From assembly GCA_038496445.1 (NCBI GenBank), contig JALMLS010000064.1, positions 496,001 through 560,000 of the forward strand: a DNA stretch of 64,000 nucleotides, in the 5' to 3' direction. Position numbers and translations under genes: made by a program. The notes beneath the pieces are model-generated. The model worked only from the letters and a program-made list of their open reading frames with translations. It ran no database searches and was not told the origin of the DNA. The stretch comes from Trichosphaerium sp. ATCC 40318 (lineage: Eukaryota; Protista; Tubulinea). Shown here one piece after another: positions 12,167 to 24,768 of this stretch (position 1 is its first letter; every line of letters starts with the position of its first letter).

Positions 12167-12834
12167 TTACAATTCTTTTTTACTTAGCGCAGCAATAAGT
12201 TTACCCATATGTTCAAATGTCTAAAAAGTTATTTTGTTAACACATGATCGAAGAAACGAAAAATAAACAAAAAAGAAAAAAGAAAAAAGAAAATCAAAAG
12301 ACATACATCGTGTTGTTCAATAGCATCTTGCACGTGGACAATACTTTTAATCTTACAATCATCTGTGCAAGTATACGCCCCACTTTCATGATTATAAGCT
12401 TCAGCACCATCAATAAATTTCCAATGCTACATGGTCACGTGAGCAATTTGAAAAAACCAAAAAAATGACACGTCACATTAACACAAATATGAACGTACCT
12501 CCTTCCACATAGCGAATACAGTGCCATCTTCGGCTCTGCTAGGCTCAACGATGAATTCAACGTCAAATTCTTTAATGACAGCCAATACAGATTTAAGGCC
12601 TTCCTTGTCGAGTATTTTGCTAATGTCCACGTCGACAGAGTTTTGTTTCCATGATTCAATCGAAGAGTGTAGATCTATCATACGAGATGTCTTTTTTTCA
12701 GTGTTTGACGCTTCAACGCCTTTAAATGATTCTATTACTTCTTTTACAGATTCTTCGCAATCGCAAAAGGCTCTAGCATCATGAGGAGCAAATAACAACA
12801 ACACAGCAAGGGCGAGGAAAGTTTTTATGAGCAT
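12167..12834 (-). CDS. Secretory-pathway protein, probable SnoaL/NTF2-like fold, C-terminal KKEL
   Basis: Signal peptide MLIKTFLALAVLLLFAPHDARA; three exons; DGTVFAMWKEHWKF...GAYTCTDDCKIKSIVHVQD strand pattern; ends LSKKEL*. Confidence 0.65.
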
Positions 12835-13086
12835 AAGTTGGCTTTCTCACTACTTCTTTGACTTTTTGTAAAATCTCAAACCAGAAACGGCCGAGATATT
12901 GTGATCCTACAACCAGTACTTAAAACCCTTAAGCTGTCTATCGTACAAAAAAAAACAAGGGCGATTAGTACTTCTCATTAGTGCACTTGCTAGCAAAGAA
13001 GAGAAGCCGGATTTAAAAAAATAATTTATTACATTTATTCAATGCTTTGTAACAGCAACAAAAAAATAAAGTCACAAAGGATATTT

Positions 13087-15920
13087 TTACTTCTTTGCGA
13101 CCGCTTTTTTGCTCACTCTACGTGGAGATGGACCCTTGGACTCGGACTGCTATAAATCTTAGGTAGGAGAAAACAAAAAAATATGGCAAAAAATAAGTAC
13201 CTTTCTAGCAAGTTTCTTTGCGTGCTTTTCCTCTTTTTTTTTCTGCTTTTTGAGTTTTCTGGAGGAAGAACTTTGACCTGCTTCAGCTACGCCATCCTTT
13301 CCTTCGTCCTCCTCTCTTGGACTCTTTCCATTAGCGCGTGGAGAACGTCCTGTGGCCTTTCCAGTTGGAGAGGCTGGAGATTCATTAGAATCTTCACCTT
13401 GAGCAGGCTCTTCGTCTTCTGGCTCTTCAGGTTCTAGGAAACTCATTAAGATGGCGAAGAGAAAAAACTCTAACGCACCTTCACCTTCAGGTTGCTCCTT
13501 TTCCTTAGACTTTGAAGAAGAAGCTGCGGCCTCAACTACTTCCTCAGATGATTGAACAGTTGGTTGTTCAGCTACTTCATCGCCTACAGCCTCAGCTGCT
13601 TCTACAAAACAAAATAAGCGACTTAAAAAAAAAAGAAGAATTTCAACGCACCTTTTGGCTCAGGTTCAGGTTCATCTTCTTCCTCGACTTCTTCAGCCTC
13701 AGGTTGAGCTTCAGGCTCAGGCTTCTTTGCCTTTGTTTCTGGCTCATCGGTGGCCAAACGCTAAATAAAGAATTTAACAGCGATTTTTTGGGTTTTAGAC
13801 ATACGAGTCTCTTTCCGATATCCTGCTGGATAGCCAACAACAAATCAGTGGCGATGAGTGGGATAGTAGTATCTTTAGATTTCTTAGATGCCTTTGCTTT
13901 ATCATTCAAAGGTTGTAAGTCGACCTTGTCTAGATGTGAAACAATGTAGTCTTGGCATCTAGGAATCAACTGTTTGCCAAGATCACCGCTCATTTTGTAA
14001 GATACCTCCAAAATGGAGAGTACTGTAGGTACGCTAATACCACTGCAAATTGTATCTTCGGCAGCTTTGCTAAACAAATAGAGGTAAGATAAAGGCTACT
14101 ACAAGATGAATAGAGTACCGAAGTCCATCAAGTTTTAATTTAGCAGAGAACATAATAAGCTTTGTTGCGGATAGTGGGTCCATTGTAGTTTCACCATAGT
14201 ATACCCAACGCAAGAAGCTCTCAAAGGCAGCGCGATCGAGGTTTGCTAAGATATTGTGGGATACAACAGGAGCACCCATTTTCTTATCAGGAGGCGCCAC
14301 CTCAATGATACTAGCAATAGCTGCTGATTTACCTGTATAACAAGAAATATTAATTTTTTGACCTTTTGAGAGGCTACAAGAGTCCAAAATATAAAAGGAA
14401 CGCTACAACATACCTCCGAGAAGGGCGCGGTGTGCTTTAACCAAAACTTCCTTTTTCTTATCAGCCCAACGGAAGGTGACATCGAAACTCTCATTACGCT
14501 TATCGTAGAGCTCTTTAAAGTCGGATGTGAACGTGTTTTTAGCGTTCACGGATACAGGGTCACCAGCACCTTCTCGCGGTTGTGAAGATAGCAAAACGAC
14601 CTAAAAAGAAAAAAATATAAGCAAAACCGTAAAACCGAAACATTTCGTCAAAAAGAGGCGTTCTTTCTTTCGTCATTCACGTACCTCTTGAAATAACTCA
14701 AGACCGAGTGTTGTTACGCCATCTTTACTCTGTACCCATGTAGGGTTGTCCATAGCGAAATCCAAACATAATTGCTTAGCGCGAGGAACCTAAATGAAAG
14801 TATTAGTATCAAAAACGCAGTAACATAAAATCATTTCATTCGGAAAAAAAAATACTCGAAAAAAGGAAAATAAAACGATAAAGATATGATATTAAATAAG
14901 GTTACCTTCCAATCGTTTGCTTTACGCAATAGAGCATACATGTTTTTCATGTCTAGTTTCTGTTGCAAATACTAAAGAAAAACACAAAAAAAGTTAGTTT
15001 TTGTACGCGTATCTCGGGGTTGACAAATGGACGTTTACCTGTTCTAGCATTTGAATTAATCTCTCGATTTTATATTTTGCAGCAGCGTTGATTACATGTA
15101 CAGAGAGCATAGGGTTCATTTTTTTCTCTGAGAAATCAACATTGCCGGTATAGAGGTAAGTGAGGACTACTTTGAGACTTTGTTCGTCTATGTGCGATTC
15201 TGGATCGATTGCATACTCCTTAAGGCCTTTCTTTGCTTTTACCTTTTTTACACCCTGTTTTATCATGGCAGGGCATCGAGAGTTGATGACACAACTAGAT
15301 AGACAAGTTTAGGAGTTGAAAAAGCAATAAAGCAGGAAGTAAAATCTAAAATAAGGCAAAATCGTCACGGAGCTGAATTTATCTCTCCAAAAACAATGCT
15401 TAGGTCCGTTCTGGTGCAAAGAGCGACCGTTTTAGGTTGCCACAAAGTTAATAAAACTGCGCATGAGTTACCTGTGTGCTCGCAACTCCGTGCCATTGTC
15501 CATAAGGAAACTAATATCAGAGAAAAGGCCATTGCATACAAGGCTTGCGTGGGTCTCTATTGCCATTTTAGGTTTACAAAAAATAAACTCCAGATCTGCG
15601 CTTGGGAGTTCAAAAACCGTTTTACGCAACCAAAGGTATGCTAAAATTGCAATTTCCAACAGTTTCGCAATAAAAAGGATGTTGGAAGAAAATCGTGAGA
15701 CGCAGACGCAAAAGCGCAATTTAAAGCTCGCTCCGAGTATGCCAAGCACTTATATATGCAAGGTAGTAATTTACAGCGCATTCGGTAGTTGCATAGCCGT
15801 TAATACTAATAAACGCGTACCTAATGGTGTGTCGTCTACGCTACGACTTGAATTACGTTGTTTTTTAAGGGTTGGAGTGTTGCCAGCTTTAGAGGTCTTC
15901 TTACTACCACGACTCGACAT
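13087..15920 (-). CDS. Tandem BTB/POZ-domain protein with acidic/basic low-complexity tail
   Basis: BTB1 LFSDISFLMDNGTELRAHSCVINSRCP..VLTYLYTG; BTB2 SFDVTFRWADKKKEVLVKAHRALL..FESFLRWVYYG; ATG 15920 MSSRGSKK. Confidence 0.85.
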
Positions 15921-16134
15921 CTTAGCTCTTGTTGTTTTTATGCTCTTTATTGCTCTACAGTGTAGAGTTGGGTTGTCGGGCGTTTATTACAATCGCCTTT
16001 GGTGTAATTACCGCGAAGAATTTTGGTACAGAAAAAAACGACATAATTTAGGGTTTTGCTTGTCAAAACTTGAACATTTTCTCTACGCTCTGTATTGTTC
16101 ATAAACGTTACGCCAATCACATCAACACACCTGA

Positions 16135-18635
16135 ATGGATAAAATAAAGATAAAAGGACTTTGCCTGTCATGTATTGGTACGTTTGACGTCTATTATGAA
16201 AACTACGCTTGGATTATGCTTTCTGACGCTCCTAGTTGGTGTAAAGGAGAAAGAGAGACTCAAACGACAAAACTTATTTGTTGACATTACAATGCTCCAC
16301 GATTTCAGAAAAGCTGGCCTACAAGTTGAAGACAGCATTGATAGAACTATAAACTATAGGTTAGTGAATTTACGTTTTCGTTTTCTTAACAACACGTGTT
16401 CTTATGATAATTTTGTTAGTCATGTAGCTGACTCTGTATCTAAGCTTGTTGAAGGTTAGATAAGTTTTTTCTTCTTTTTTTTTGAAGAAAAGACATTTTG
16501 ATTGATGGTGACCTCCAGACTTATGATTTTGTAGATATAAAGGCGAAAACACTTGAGTACCTTGTAGATAAGATAGCAATGCATGTTTTGGAAACAACAG
16601 TTGCACGTTCTGTCACGGTTGAAATTGCAAAGCCAGCTGCTATTTGTACGATTACAATTGTGTCCTTTTTTTTTTTTCTCTTTCTTCTTTTTTTCCTGCT
16701 TGTAGCTGACTATCTCAAAGGGAGAGCTAATGCATCGGCTGTTGAGATTACGCGTGTTCGCGAACCAACTAGCGTTTCAATCCAGCAAGATAGTACCTAT
16801 CCAGTAGCAGCAGAACCGGATTTTTCTTTGGACAGCTTACTTCCAAGACCTCCAAAAGAGGGCAGAGTTTGGCTTTCTCTTGGATCTAATATGGGATGTA
16901 GAAGTCATAATATAAACAAAGCAATAGATAGTATAGCGTCATTTGCTAAAGTGAGATCTGCATCATTTCTATATACGACCAAGCCAATGTATAAAACAGA
17001 CCAAGATTATTTTTTAAACGCAGCAATCGAAATCAACTGTATGTTTTCACCAGAGGAGTTATTGCAAAAACTACAAAAGATTGAAACTGATATGATGCGC
17101 GTGAGAGGTACGCTAAGGATTTAATTGGAGTACTAATTCTACAAAGAGGAGAGGTATGGGCCACGCATCATTGATATTGATATTCTATTCTTTGATGACA
17201 TTTGTCATAATACATCGATTTTGACGATTCCTCATCCGAACATTGCTGAAAGACCTTTTGTCATTGGTCCAATGAACGAGTGAGTACGATGCTTGATTTT
17301 AAATAACTGATCTTTGTAGTATTGCACCTCAAAAGAAGTGTCCGCGTTCTGGAAAAACAGTGGCAGAAATGTGGTCTTCGTTGAAAAATAGTCAATCAGA
17401 TATTTCAAGAGTTGTACCAATTACGTTTGGGTCTGATAAAAAAGAAGTATGCATGCGCATGGATGAAAGAGATCCAGCTGTTTTGATGGGTATTTTAAAT
17501 GTTACACCAGATAGCTTTTCCGACGGAGGAATGTGGGAAGAGGTACATACAAAGTTTTTTTTTTGCACGCATCTAATGTTCCTGGAGGCGTCTGAGGCTA
17601 TAAAGAAAGCGACTGAGCTTCATAATTCTGGAGCAGCAATAATAGATATAGGTGGCGAAAGTACAAGACCTAGCGCAGATAGTGTAGAGTACGTCTAGAC
17701 TTATTTGAATAAGAATATTTCAGGAAAAGGTATAAATTATCAAACTAATTGGTTTTAAAGCGCTGATACAGAGATTGAAAGAGTTGTACCAGTTATAAAT
17801 GGCATACGAGCTAAACTGCCTGATACAATAATATCTATAGACACTACTAAAAGTAGTGTAGCGAGAGCGTCTATAAAAGTATGATAAGCGTATAAAGAGT
17901 TTCGCTAAATGATTAATGTTTTTTTAGGCAGGAGCAAACATTATTAATGATATTTCGGGCGGTTTATTCGATGAAACTATTCTCGATGTAGCCAAAGAAA
18001 CACGTGCACCTATCGTAATAATGCACACAAGAGGTACACCGAAGGAAATGAAGAGTCTTGCAGTATATCCAAAGGAAAAAGGACTTGTCCATGAACAGGT
18101 ACTTGTTTTCTTTCTTTTGTTACCTCTTAAGGTGTTAATTACCTGCAAGATTGCCACGGAGCTAAGAGAACGTGTCAAGAAAGCACTTGAGGTTGGTGTG
18201 TACCCTTGGCAAATAATTGTTGATCCAGGTTTGTCCTACATTTTTTTAATAACTAAGTATTGAGCCAGGTATTGGTTTTGCAAAGGATTCAAAGGCTAAC
18301 TTGGCTATACTAAAAAACCTTGATAATTTTATTTCTCGAATGTGTCATTTTCCCACTTTGGTACGCAACAACGGCAAAGTTGTACAATATCTCTTACTTA
18401 ATTGCAAGATTGGTGCCTCACGAAAGCGTTTCATTGGATCAATTACAGACAAGAAAGTACCAAAGGAACGAGTTTGGGGAACAGGTATAAACCTTGCAGT
18501 GTAGTTTATTATTGACATTCGCTAGCTGCTACCGTCACTGCCAGTGTAGCGGGTGGGGCAAAGATAATCCGAGTCCATGATGTAATTGAGTTAATAGATG
18601 TGCTCAAAGTAAGTAATGCCATTTACAAGGCATAA
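16135..18635 (+). CDS. FOL1: Trifunctional folate synthesis enzyme DHNA-HPPK-DHPS
   Basis: DHNA (GVKEKERLKRQNLFVDI, TINY, TLEYL, VEIAKP); HPPK (LSLGSNMG, FLNAA, GPRIIDIDIL, LTIPHP..ERPFV); DHPS (MGILNVTPDSFSDGG, IDIGGESTRP, ISIDT, INDISGG, MHTRG, DPGIGF, GASRKRF, RVHDV). Confidence 0.95.
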
Positions 18636-18887
18636 TTCACGTGCTTGATAAAAACAAATAAATAAAACAATCATCCTTACATTGAAGATACCACCTTTTG
18701 TATTAACGTTACTTGCCTGTTGTGTGTTTGTATGTTATTGATGCAGGATGCTAAAACAATAGGTGCGCGTGTTTCGCTTTTGAAGTTGGCCCAGTGGACC
18801 AATCGCGTTGCATCTCGTTATTTGTTGTTACAACTTTTCAGTGAAGAATTAATTAAGTCGACTGCCACTCGACATGTGTTACGAGTA

Positions 18888-21800
18888 ATGAGTAACAAGG
18901 AGGTAGTGGAGACTTCACCAAAGAAGGAGGGGTCTCCTTCGGCCGACAATGCATCAAATAGTGTTAGTGTGGAGTCAACGGACGCAAGTGCACAACAAAA
19001 CGCCACAAGCGTTGCAGGAGAGCCTATAGCTGTAATAAATAACGAAGCCGAAATTAAGGAACAAACCACAACAGAAAACGCAAGTGCGAGCGACGAAAGC
19101 CTTATCGAAGAAGTATTACCAGGGACGGAAGATAGGAAAATTAATAAACAGCAAAAAGACGAGTCAAATAACACAGTACCCGCTAGCGCATCGCAAAACT
19201 CAGCTAGTACTCCTGAGGATGCTACTGGCTCAAAACAAAGCTTGCAAAATTCGCACAAAAAAACGACAGACAAACGCACGTCTGAACAATACAACTAGAT
19301 TTTAACGTGCGCCGCATTGAAATTTAACGCTGAATTAGGAACCTCAGAAGAGAATAAGATTGTACGCTTTTAAATGGGTACACAAATATAACGTTTATGC
19401 TTATTACTGCGTAGAGCTCACCTAGGAAAGAGTCTGGTCCTAATCACAAATCAGGGTGGCTGGTAAAAAAAGGAAAAGTACGGCGGAATTGGTTAAAACG
19501 GTTCTTTGTACTTGATGATACAACACTGAGCTATTTCAAATCATCTGTGCGTCATTAACACACCTCTCTTTAAAATCCTTTTGGAAATCTGACACTTGAA
19601 GAAAGAAATGCAAAGATCGTAAAGGTGGTTTAAGACTGAAAAACATAACAAAGATTGAGGCAACAGCAATTCGAAAGAAACAATATTGTATCATTCTAAA
19701 CACACCTGATCGTGTATTCAGTATGCAAGCAAAGGATAATCAAGATAGGAGTGAATGGGTTACCGCCATACGCAAGTCAGTAACCAAGCTTGGTGGTATG
19801 AGATTTTGTTATTGATTTTGTTGAAACCGACTTTGTTATTGTTAATGCACTTCTTTTCGCAGTTGAGACTGGTCCAGTAAAACAGCTGTTTGACTGTTGT
19901 GGGAGAGGTGATCTAGATGAAGTTATATCCATATTATTAAAGGGATCAGTCGATGTTAATGTTAGAAACCCACGCGGAGATACAGCGCTTATAATTGCTT
20001 GTGATGCTGGCCACGAAGATATTGTTTCTAAGTTAATTTCGCTTGATGCAGATGTAAATGCCCAGGTAATCCAGTGTTGACACCACACATTTACCTAACA
20101 ACGAAATAGAGTAAGGACGGAGCAACAGGGTTATTATTTGCTTGTCAGAACGGTGATATCAAGGTTCTGTATTGTTAATACAAATTAGCTTGCTTTATTT
20201 CTAATTTGCAATATAGCTTGTTGAGCTACTCCTTGATGCTAAAGCTAGTATTGATGTCAAAACTACCGGTGGTTCAACTCCTCTTTCTCTTGCCAGTGAA
20301 TGTGGTCACTTGAATGTACTCAATAGTTCCTTTTGATTGATATAAATGCTAACAAAAAATTAGGTTGTAGAGAAACTTTTAGAAAAAGACGCAGATCCAA
20401 ATGAAGCTCGTACAACTGGTGCTACTCCTGTGTTTATGGCTGCATTGAAGGTTCTACTGTTAACATAACAATGCTTGCCTCTAACAGTTACTAGGGTCAT
20501 GCTAGCGCTGTAAAACGTTTGATAGACGCATCAGCGGATATTAATCTTTCTCGGAGCGATGGAGCTTCACCACTACATGCAGCAGTTCAAAATGGTTATG
20601 ACGATATTGTAGACTTGCTTATAGAAGCTGGGGCAGATGTAAACGCAAAGTTAGAGTCAGGTAAGTTAACAAACAACCTAGGTATTACTTGTACGCTAAC
20701 TTCTACTGTAAGAGGTGACGTCAGGTCTGACACCATTATATATTGCTAGCAGAGAAGGCAGAGCTAAAATGGTAGAGAAACTACTAGAAGCTGGTGCTGA
20801 TATCAATGCACAAACAGGGGAAGGTAATTGATTTACTTAGGTATCTGACATCTTTGCCTTACGTTGTTTAAATAGGAGCGACACCTTTCTTTATAGCATG
20901 CCAAGAAGGTCATGTTAATGTTATAGAAGTATTGATGGAGGATAAGAATGTTGATGTAAACACAGCTCTAAAAGAACGTGGTGAAGTACCACTTCATGCA
21001 GCAGCTGTTTTTGGAAGGGTGGATGTTGTAAAGAAATTAATTGATTTTGGTGTGGACGTAGATATTAGACGTACAGATGGTGGTGTACCTCTTCATGCAG
21101 CTTGCTTTGGTGGACAAACAGAAGTAGTTGATCTTCTACTAACACATGGGGCTAACCTCGATATACAAACAAAGGAAGGTCACTCTCCTTTGCACTTTGC
21201 TTGCCAACAAGGCCGTTTAAGCGTTTTACAAAAGTTAATAGCTGCTGGTGTTGATCTCAATAAGCAAACAAAAGAAGGCTCAACAGCTTTGTATGTTGCT
21301 GCTTCTAAAGGCATTGGACACTTGAAAATAATACAAGAACTACTGGCTGCTGATGCTACTGTATCAATATCAAATGAAGATGGTTTGACGCCATTAGATA
21401 TAGCTGCTTTAGGTGGACAACGAAAGGTTGTATCAGCTATTAAGGAGAAAGCCGGATCTGGTTGGTTTAATTCTACTAAACCACTCGTCATACCGGCAAA
21501 GCATTCATTAGTACTTGAATTGCATTCCGTGGGAGTTAAGGTATGTTTTTTTTGCACGTGTTGTGATGTTTATTAACTTTGGTTTTTTTTGGAAGGCTGT
21601 TGCTATGTTGAATGGAGAGCATGTTAAGACATTTGCTGGAAAAGTAGGATACAATAATCCAGGCGCTCATCCTAAGATTATGAGCCAATTCTTCAACAAG
21701 GATGACGAAGAACAAGAATTGACGTTACGTATTGAAGAAGGAGAAGGTTTAGGCGATGGTAAGTGCTTTAAATGCTTTTCTGCGATTGGATTGATAGACA

Positions 21801-22607
21801 GCTTTTTAATACTTTTTACTTAGTACCAGATACTGCAGAAGCTTGGGTGGCTATTAGGAGTTATCCACATGGTGTATTACAAGGTGACCAATCTGGAATT
21901 TCGTATATCCATCTAGAGTGGACAGGTGACCGTAACCAAGAGTATCCGCTTGAGAAGTCCATAAAGTTTTCACAGTTAAAAACATTTCCAAAAGCTGAAA
22001 AACTTGAGCTTAATGATGACACAATAAAGGTAAGCGAGTTTGATATCATCTGAGCGTTTGTCTAACATTACATGGAACAGGAATTGCATGACTTGATGAA
22101 AACAATACATGCTGCTTTTGAAAAAGCAGATTTTGATGCCGTGTGGAAATTCAATGAACCTCTACGCAAAAGTGGGCCAGCAGAAAAGGAACTGAAAGGT
22201 GTTAACCTAGAGGAGTTGATAAAACAATTTCTTGAAAATGTACGCTTCTTCTTTGTTTGGTGTACTGTTTAAAAGGCAAAGTTTCGTTAATGAATTTGTT
22301 AGGTCAAGAATGCTGGTATGATGCCTCTTAACCCTGATGAATACAATTTTAAACTAGTAAGCGATGATACTATGATTATGTGCTCTACAAAATCAGATCA
22401 GCCTATTCTTCGATCGAATGACTATGTTATTGATTCTGATGAGACTACTCATGGTATGCACTTTTTTCTACTTCCAGAAGTTTATCTTCTTTTTATTGCT
22501 TGTACCTCCTTGTATCTATTGGTACTTACTTTTTTTATAATTTAGCTGCTTTTCCAATGTCTGTTGGTAAAATAGATGGTGAATGGTATCTATTAGACGG
22601 GCAGTAG
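18888..22607 (+). CDS. PH domain + multiple ankyrin repeats + unassigned C-terminal domain
   Basis: PH: KSGWLVKKGKVRRNWLKRFFVL...EWVTAIRK. Many ankyrin repeats (GASPLHAAVQNG, GHSPLHFACQQG, GLTPLDIAALGG). About 250 further residues ending GKIDGEWYLLDGQ*. Confidence 0.88.
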
Positions 22608-23325
22608 TATGATAACACATCAGAAGTTATTTATATTTTTTTTTTTGCTTATATTTTTTGTATCTTTACCTTATAAAATAAATAAAATGGATTTCTTGAG
22701 CCTAAAAATCTCGTGATGCTTACGTTATAGTTAGTAAACTTAAAAACCTGCAATTTCAAATTAGATATTAAACTTGATAATCACTTTGAGTCTATCTAGC
22801 TTTCGGTAGGCTTGACGTGAGTGTTTACAAGCGCAAACGCCAATACACGTATACACTACACGGTTAATTGCACAAGGGCATCATCTGTCGCAACTGCACT
22901 TATTTATATTAACGTAAGGAATAGAATGTAGTATCGTTTAAATAAATGCGTTACACTTGATTTGAATGTACCAAGTTTTCGTAAAAGCAGAAAACTAGTT
23001 GTTTTTTAACCACAATTTTGGTTTATTGTGTTCGCACCTATTTTTAAGCACTTTGTCTGCTCTCGTCTTTCGATGAGCCACGGGGTGTAGTCACTTGGGA
23101 TACATAGACGAAATATTTGTCCCTTATTCACCGGGCCTCCAACGATGGAGGCCAATGAATGGATTGCATTCCCAATTTGATACTCATCTCTTTTTTTTTT
23201 GTTTTGAAAAAGCGCGAACAGGCTCAAAGTACGGTTTTCTCGTTAACACAGCGACATTTTGCTATTGGCTTAAAATAATGAGTTTAAGTATTTGACCTAT
23301 TCGGTTGCTACGCTACTAAAACACC

Positions 23326-24541
23326 ATGCTGATGCGCAGCGCCTTGTCGGTGTATCATACCAGGACTAATATTGTAGTCGCAAAAACAAATAAGCGCTCA
23401 ATTAACTCTGGTGTGTTCTTGCATCAAGTAAATAACAATGTAGCGGTAAAATCAAAAATTAACGAAATTAATGATAACCCTGGTGCTAGAAAGAAGGTAA
23501 GCGCCTAAAATCACTATTTTATAACCTTTGCAAAGGGTAGACGCATTGGACGCGGCCCTGGAAGTAGTAAAGGCAAGACAGCCGGTAGGGGTACAAAGGG
23601 AAGAAAAGCGCGCTCTGGTGGTACAGTACGTGCTTGGTTGGGTTATTAGACGTATTTACGCTTTATCAGCATCCATTGGGCTTCGAAGGTGGCCACAAGC
23701 CATACTACCAAACAGTGCAGAAATTCGGCTTCAAAAACTTTAGGTACGTGTCACTTTGTACCTACAAGACAAAAGAAGAAGCTAAAAAACAATTACAGAG
23801 GCAAGAGAACATACCAGCCATTGAACTTGGATAGATTACAACATTGGATTGACAGAGGTAAGCTTTTTTTTGCTTGCCTTGCAACCAGTTTTCTGAATCA
23901 ACATGTTAGGTCTTATTGACCCAAATAAAACTATCACCATGAAGGAGCTCGTGGACTCTGGTTGCGTTGGTAAGTTACGTAATAAAAACGCTGGTGTCAA
24001 ATTATTGAGCGAGGTAAATGAAAGAAATTTAATTAATAATGTTAATGGCGAGCGCAGGGAAGAGAATGGTTTACATCTAAGGTCACCCTTGAAGTCAGCC
24101 AAGCAAGTGCAAGAGCACTGGCAGCTGTTGAAGCCGCAGGAGGGTCAGTAAGCCTCTTCTACTACAACAAACTTGGTTTGAGGTGCGAAGTCATTTTACT
24201 TTGATATTTTTTTTTAATGGTTTATTTTAAATCTTATTCTTTATAGGCACATTGTATACCCACATAAATTTATGCGGCCAATATACTACCCACCACCTCC
24301 ACATAAGGTTAACAGAAAATTATTCGCGCCAATGGAACAACCTACTCAAAACCCAGTGTTTACTGGTTCAGTTTTGGAGAAAGACAGGGAAGAACTTAAA
24401 CATAAATCTAAGTATGTAAGAAAAGACGGAACTGAAGAGCAAGAAGAGCATGAAGAGCCTCAAGAGCAAGAAGCACACGAAGAGCCTCAAGAGCAAAAAG
24501 AACCTGAAGAGAAGAAAGAACAGGAAGCGAAGAAAGAGTAA
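23326..24541 (+). CDS. MRPL15: Mitochondrial ribosomal protein uL15m
   Basis: Presequence-like N-terminus; [64 protein letters not shown]. Confidence 0.92.
24432..24520 (+). repeat. Imperfect tandem repeat encoding the acidic tail ([18 protein letters not shown]) of uL15m
   Basis: gaagagcctcaagagcaa occurs twice with 27-nt spacing. Confidence 0.6.
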
Positions 24542-24768
24542 GAAAAAAAAATTATAAAGCGCCGTCTGTCAGTGTACCAAGCGCTGTCATCGTCTAAAAC
24601 ATAAGTACCGACCTTGTAAATAAAGCTAGTGCTCGGATGTTGACTTGTCACTTTTATTTTCGCGTACTAGCGTGGAATGTTCACTACACATTTTAAGCCG
24701 TGCCAAACCTTGAAACAAACCATACAACGTATCACCACATACTTGTGCTTGCATTCTAAACGCTTTGT

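Noticed and set aside
15463-16104. 213-aa plus-strand ORF upstream of FOL1
   Set aside because: Antisense to exons 1-2 of the BTB gene, no recognisable motif, and not in frame with FOL1.
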